Shown: positions 54,201-60,200 of the stretch, piece after piece
Layout of the letters: each line of letters begins with the position of its first letter
Numbering within the stretch: position 1 is the stretch's first letter
Assembly: GCA_976226885.1 (NCBI GenBank)
Contig: OZ320319.1
Span: 66,340,001-66,404,000, forward strand
Direction: 5' to 3'
Length of the DNA: 64,000 nt
Origin: Iphione sp. A-MEVVRFRX5
Taxonomy: Eukaryota
Notes under the pieces: generated by a model
Told to the model about the DNA's origin: nothing
The model's database searches: none
Seen by the model: only the letters and a program-made list of their open reading frames with translations
Program-made: the position numbers and the translations under genes

Positions 54201-57200
54201 GTTTCTCTTCTTCCTTTGGTTTCTCTTCTTCAGGCTTTGCCTTCTCAGGTTCATCTGGTTTCTTTACTTCAAGTTCTTTCTTTTCTTCTTTTGGTTCTTT
54301 CTCTGTTTTCTTTTCTTCTGGCTTCTTCTTCCACTTGGGAACATCCTTCTCCTCTTTTGGTTTCTCCTCAGCAGGCTTTGGTTTCTCTTCTTCAGGCTTT
54401 GCCTTCTCAGGTTCATCTGGTTTCTTTGCTTCAAGCTCTTTCTTTTCTTCTTTTGGTTCTTCCTCTGCTTTCTTTTCTTCTGGCTTCTTCTTCTTCCACT
54501 TAGGAACATCCTTCTCTCTTGGCTTTTCCTCAGTAGGCTTTGGTTTCTCTTCAGGCTTTGCCTTCTCAAGTTCATCTGGTTTCTTTACTTCAAGTTCTTT
54601 CCTTTCTTCTTTTGGTTCCTTCTCTGTTTTCTTTTCTTCTGGCTTCTTCTTCTTCCACTTGGGAACTTTCTCCTCTTCTGGTTTCTCTTCAGCAGGCTTT
54701 GGTATCTCATCTTCAGGCTTTGGCTTCTTAGGTTCATCTGGTTTCTTTACTTCAGGTTCTTTCTTTTCTTCTTTTGGTTCCTTCTCTGGTTTCTTTTTTT
54801 CTGGCTTCTTCTTCCACTTGGGAATATCCTTCTCATCTTTTGGTTTCTCTTCAGCAGGCTTTGGTTTCACTTCGTCAGGCTTTGTCTTTTCAGGTTCATC
54901 TGGTTTCTTTACTTCAAGTTCTTTTTCTTCTTTTGGTTCCTTCTCTGGTTCCTTTTCTTCTGGCTTCTTCTTCTTCCACTTGGGAATATCCTTCTCATCT
55001 TTTGGTTTCTCCTCAACAGGCTTTTCTTCTTTTCCCTCTTTTTGTGCTTCATCATCTTTCTTTTCATCAGGCTTTTCTTTCCTTTCTGTTTCTTTTTTCT
55101 CTTCAGCCTTTTTCTTTTTCCACCAAGGCACCTGTTTCTCTTCTTCTTTTGGTTTCTCTTCTTCAGGCTTTGCCTTCTGAGGCTCCCCTGGTTCATTTTC
55201 TTCAGGTTCTTTCTTTTCTTCTTTTGGTTCCTTCTCTGTTTTCTTTTCTTCTGGCTTCTTCTTCCACTTGGGAACATCCTTCTCCTCTTTTGGTTTCTCC
55301 TCAGCAGGCTTTTCTGGTTCTTCCTCTTTTTGTGCTTCATCGTCTTTCTTTTCATCAGGTTTTTCTTTCTTCCTTTCTGGTTCTTTTTTCTCCTCAGCCT
55401 TTTTCTTTTTCCACCAAGGCACTTGTTTCTCTTCTTCCTTTGGTTTCTCTTCTTCAGGCTCTGCCTTCACAGGTTCATCTGGTTTCTTTACTTCAGGTTC
55501 TTTCTTTTCTTCTTTTGGTTCCTTCTCTGTTTTCTTTTCTTCTGGCTTCTTTTTCTTCCACTTGGGAATATCCTTCTCCTCTTTTGGTTTCTCCTCAGCA
55601 GGCTTTGGTTTCACTTCATCAGGCTTTGTCTTTTCAGGTTCATCTGGTTTCTTTGCTTCAAGTTCTTTCTTTTCTTCTTTTGGTTCCTTCTCTGGTTTCT
55701 TTTCTTCTGGCTTCTTCTTCTTCCACTTGGGAATATCCTTCTCCTCTTTTGGTTTCTCCTCAGCAGGCTTTGGTTTCACTTCATCAGGCTTTGTCTTTTC
55801 AGGTTCATCTGGTTTCTTTGCTTCAAGTTCTTTCTTTTCTTCTTTTGGTTCCTTCTCTGGTTTCTTTTCTTCTGGCTTCTTCTTCTTCCACTTGGGAATA
55901 TCCTTCTCCTCTTTTGGTTTCTCCTCAACAGGCTTTTCTTCTTTTCCCTCTTTTTGTGCTTCATCATCTTTCTTTTCGTCAGGCTTTTCTTTCCTTTCTG
56001 TTTCTTTTTTCTCTTCAGCCTTTTTCTTTTTCCACCAAGGCACCTGTTTCTTGTCTTCCTTTGGTTTCTCTTCTTCGGGCTCTGCCTTCTCAGGTTCATC
56101 TGGTTTCTTTACTTCAGGTTCTTTCATTTCTTCTTTTGGTTCCTTCTCTGGTTTCTTTTCTTCTGGCTTCTTTTTCTTCCACTTGGGAATATCCTTCTCA
56201 TCTTTTGGTTTCTCTTCGGCAGGCTTTGGTTTCACTTCATCAGGCTTTGCCTTCTGAGGCTCCTCTGGTTCCTTTTCTTCAGGTTCTTTCTTTTCTGATT
56301 TTGGTTCTTTATCTAGTTTCTTTTCTTCTGGCTTCTTCTTCCACTTGGGAATATCCTTCTCATCTTTTGGTTTCTCCTCAGCAGTTTTTTCTGGTTCTTC
56401 CTCTTTTTGTGCTTCATCATCTTTCTTTTCATCAGGCTTATCTTTCCTTTCTGGTTCTTTTTTCTCTTCAGCCTTTTTCTTTTTCCACCAAGGCACCTGT
56501 TTTTCTTCTTCCTTTGGTTTTTTTTCAAGAGATTTTTCATCTTTTAATGTCTCTGCTGTTATGTCTGGGGACGGCATCTCATCTTGTGGCACGGTGGGTG
56601 CTTCCTCTGGCTTTCCTGGTTCCTCTGATATATCTTGACTGACCTCTGTAGTCTCCACTGTGGGTTTAGCTATGGTTTGGTCGTCAGAACTGACTACCTG
56701 AGGGACTTCTGGAGCAAAAGCAACGAACGCACTCAATTATATGCAAAACTTAATATCGAAGGAAGTCTCCTCGAATAAGCCGTTTACAACCAAAAGGAAA
56801 ATTGTGACGCCGAAGCAAAAATATAGGTCTTTCCTTTACAACCCTCCGGAGAAAAAATTGCCACGACCAGAGGAAAGAATTATGAAAAACCGGAAGTAAA
56901 ATATAACCTTCATGTCAAATGGAAATGCTATCTGGAGAAATGACTTAAACTCCAACGATCAGAGAACGAGAACAGCCACTGAAGTTCATCTCAAGATCCT
57001 GGTTCAATAAGAAAGGAATACATTTTTACAAGACATAGTTCAAATGTAGCCCATGCCATTTACTGCACCTGATTTACCTTAGTAGCCTAGGCGGGGCAGT
57101 TTATGACATGTTGTATATGCGCCCATCTTCTACATGAAAATAAACATCTGATGACAGGGGTTTTGTTTTTGAAAGTATTCCTCGGCTTCAAGTACACTTA

Positions 57201-60200
57201 CCTGAAGACTGGTAGCGCCTTCATGTCAATTACTACCGAACACATACACACAAATGTATTACCAGAAAGAGCCTATTAAGCTATCAGCCGACGTAAATCT
57301 TTGCCCTAGTGTAAGAAATACCCACCAGTGACTGAGACTTTGGCTGTAGTGACCTTTCCTGCTACTTTACACATGTATTCAGCACTATCTTCCAGGGTGA
57401 CAGAGTACAGGGTGAGGGTGTGCCGACCGTCCTCCTGGACGATTGAACACTTAGAGCTGGCCACCAAAGGTCGGCCATCTCTCGACCACTCGGCCGGCTC
57501 GTGCGGGGAGCTGACTTCACACAAGAGGGAAACCGAGTCGCCCTCAGTGGCCTCGACCTGCTCTAGAGGTTTGGTGAACGAGATCGGACACTCTGCAAGG
57601 AAGTGCAGGGGTGGGTATTGAGGGTGGTGCGCGGAACACGGAAGCCATTTCTGACTTTGTCTGCAATCGTCTCTAACATATATTTGATACGTTCCTGCAG
57701 AAATGGTACTTTCTAAATAATCACTAACTTTTGATATAATTTTACACCAAGAACAGTTTGTAAATGAAAGTTGAACGCATTTGTTCTTCGATGGAATAAT
57801 TCAAGATTGCAAACAATGTCTGAGAGCAGTTGACACATTGTGGTTCACAGAGAAAGCAGTGTATAGGATAATAGGAAAATACACTTCACGAAGGATTTTA
57901 AGTGCAGGGAATACAGATTTGTGAAGGAAACAAGGGTCGACACATCGGGCTAACAGAAACAGATCATTAGCATTTATGAGTACATATATAAATATATATG
58001 TTCATATATACTAATGATCCTTTCGTGTAACATTATGTGCGCAGTACACACAGGTGTAAGTACATACAAAAAGACCTAGAGTCAAAACAGTCTGATGTCA
58101 TAGTCCTCAAGACTTACCCTCTACCCAAACCATTGCAGTAGAGCTGTCTCCAGGTACTTCGATGGTATATTCTCCTTCATCTTCTAAAGTCAGATCCTTG
58201 ACAGTAAGACTCTGTAAGGTGTCATCAACCTTTATTTCGAATCTTTCATCAGGCGCTATTTCTCGATCATCTTTATACCACTCGCACTTGATGTCGGGCT
58301 TCGATACTTCGGCCTCGAGGGTGACAGTATCTCCTTCTATGGTAACACACTCTTGTAGAGGTTTTGTAATGGTGGTGGGTATTTCTGCAAGGTCATACAG
58401 CAGTGCACAGGAAACATTAGACGGGTAAAACGGACAGAAGGGATGCAAACTTCTGGGTAATTCGGTGTCAACTCAATCAATACCTCCTAAATGACTATCC
58501 CCGACTTTGTCCCGCTCAGGTGTATAAACTTATACACACAACAGCAGAACGCTATTGGAGACAGCCGTCCAGGAAATTTGTGATATGTAGTTGAGTTCAC
58601 ACGAAAAAAACCCTCTTGACTATTTAAGGAAGGAAAAATACAAAATCTGACAAAAAGACAAAATACCCGTAGGGAACATGAGAGCGAAACATGAGGAGAG
58701 AACAAGAAAGATAGGAGGAGAGAGAGTAAAACAGAGGGGTAACAGAATTCAAGTGTCAAAATTGGAGACGAGCATTACAAATAGGTAACATTAAAATGTT
58801 TTTCCAGACGGATGGCGTGTAAAGCACATGTATTGTGTCATATTTCATGTCTAATATCACTACACCTAAGTTCTATGGATGGATTTAGGGAAGCAGGTCG
58901 TGTAGTACATATGTCAATCAATGCAAGTACCAAGTCCCAACCAATCCAACCCTCTAACTCAACCTGTAGGCGATTCGAAACCTAGCTACAACACTTTTGA
59001 CAAATTAAATATATGATGTTTTGTTGTTTTAAATAGGCACGTGTGATGCAGGAAGAATCTCCTGTTGTTGTTCATCTGTGTATTCATGGCCCGTACCTTC
59101 CACCCAGAGCATAGCAGTGGTCGATTCTGTGGGTGTCTTTGCCGAGTACTCCGCCTCTTCTCCGAGCTGCACGTCGGTTATTATGAGCTTGTGTTTATTG
59201 CCTATTACTACGATCTCATGCCTGGAATCTGGCTTAATCTCCTTTTCGTCCATGTACCACGTAACTGGCTCACCGGGCCGCGATAGCTCACATTCCAATG
59301 TCACAGTCTGGCCTTCAATGGACTCTGTCTCTTTGAGGGGAATGGTGAAGACGGTGAGAGGTTCCTCCACGACGGGAGCCTTCTCTGCAACCGCAGCTTC
59401 TTCAACAACGGGCTCCTCTGCAAAGGGGTCAAAGAGTACGGAGCTCACAACAGAGGGAAACCAGGAGAGCACTCGTATCACTAAGGCTGGGGGGCAGGAA
59501 GTGCATGCAAACACTGACAGAAGCCAAGGCAGGAATGATATACTTACTTATGAATCTGTCATGCTAACGATTTGTTTGCCCTCTACTTACGCTCTACTTA
59601 ACATGGGTTATGTCTGTTAGATTGGTTACCATGGGACTGCGAAAGCTTACCTGAAACGAAATCAAAGAGTAACATGCAATTGCAGGCCTAAAATAACGAT
59701 AACATTAGCGGATAACTGAAACGAATATTTGTTATAAAACAAAACTCAATGGGCAGCCAGTTTTTTCAGGTTCTTTTTTCAGCGTAGCAGGGTGCATTGA
59801 TGTTTCCGAAATATCTTCGTTATATAATCTCTATATGATACTAGACCACTGTAACCAAGCAGCGCGAACCAAACTAAAGCAATACATTCCGTATAATGAC
59901 AACGACGTACCCTCTATGGTCAGCTTGGCCTTCGTCTCTTTGCCGGCTACACGAGCGGAGAATTCAGCGATATCCTTGGCCGTGGCTTTCTTGATGATGA
60001 GTCGACGGATGATACCCTCTGTGACGAACTTGCACTTGTCTGTCTGCTTCAAGACCTTACCATTCTTGTACCACTTGACCTCTGCATCGGCTTTATTCAC
60101 CTCACACTCAAAGATAGCGTCAGTGCCATCCTTAACTGTTTGGTCAGTTAGAGGCTTAGTGAATTCTGTCGGTATGGCTGTAATGCAGACATGCGTTTCA

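Noticed and set aside
53478-56540. Short K/R/N-rich minus-strand ORFs (MNLRRQSLKKRNQ...)
   Set aside because: They are alternative frames of the same repetitive exon, with no independent splice or start evidence.
53123-56642. Very long plus-strand ORFs (685, 730, 622 and 329 aa; F/S/L-rich, membrane-protein-like)
   Set aside because: They are antisense shadows of the K/E/P exon. AAA/GAA/CCA codons reverse-complement to stop-poor TTT/TTC/TGG.
57202-57232. Orphan strong donor CAG|gtaagt with a possible 31-nt exon before the elastic exon
   Set aside because: 31 nt would shift the frame, the acceptor is weak, and I found no compensating exon. It cannot be supported without RNA data.
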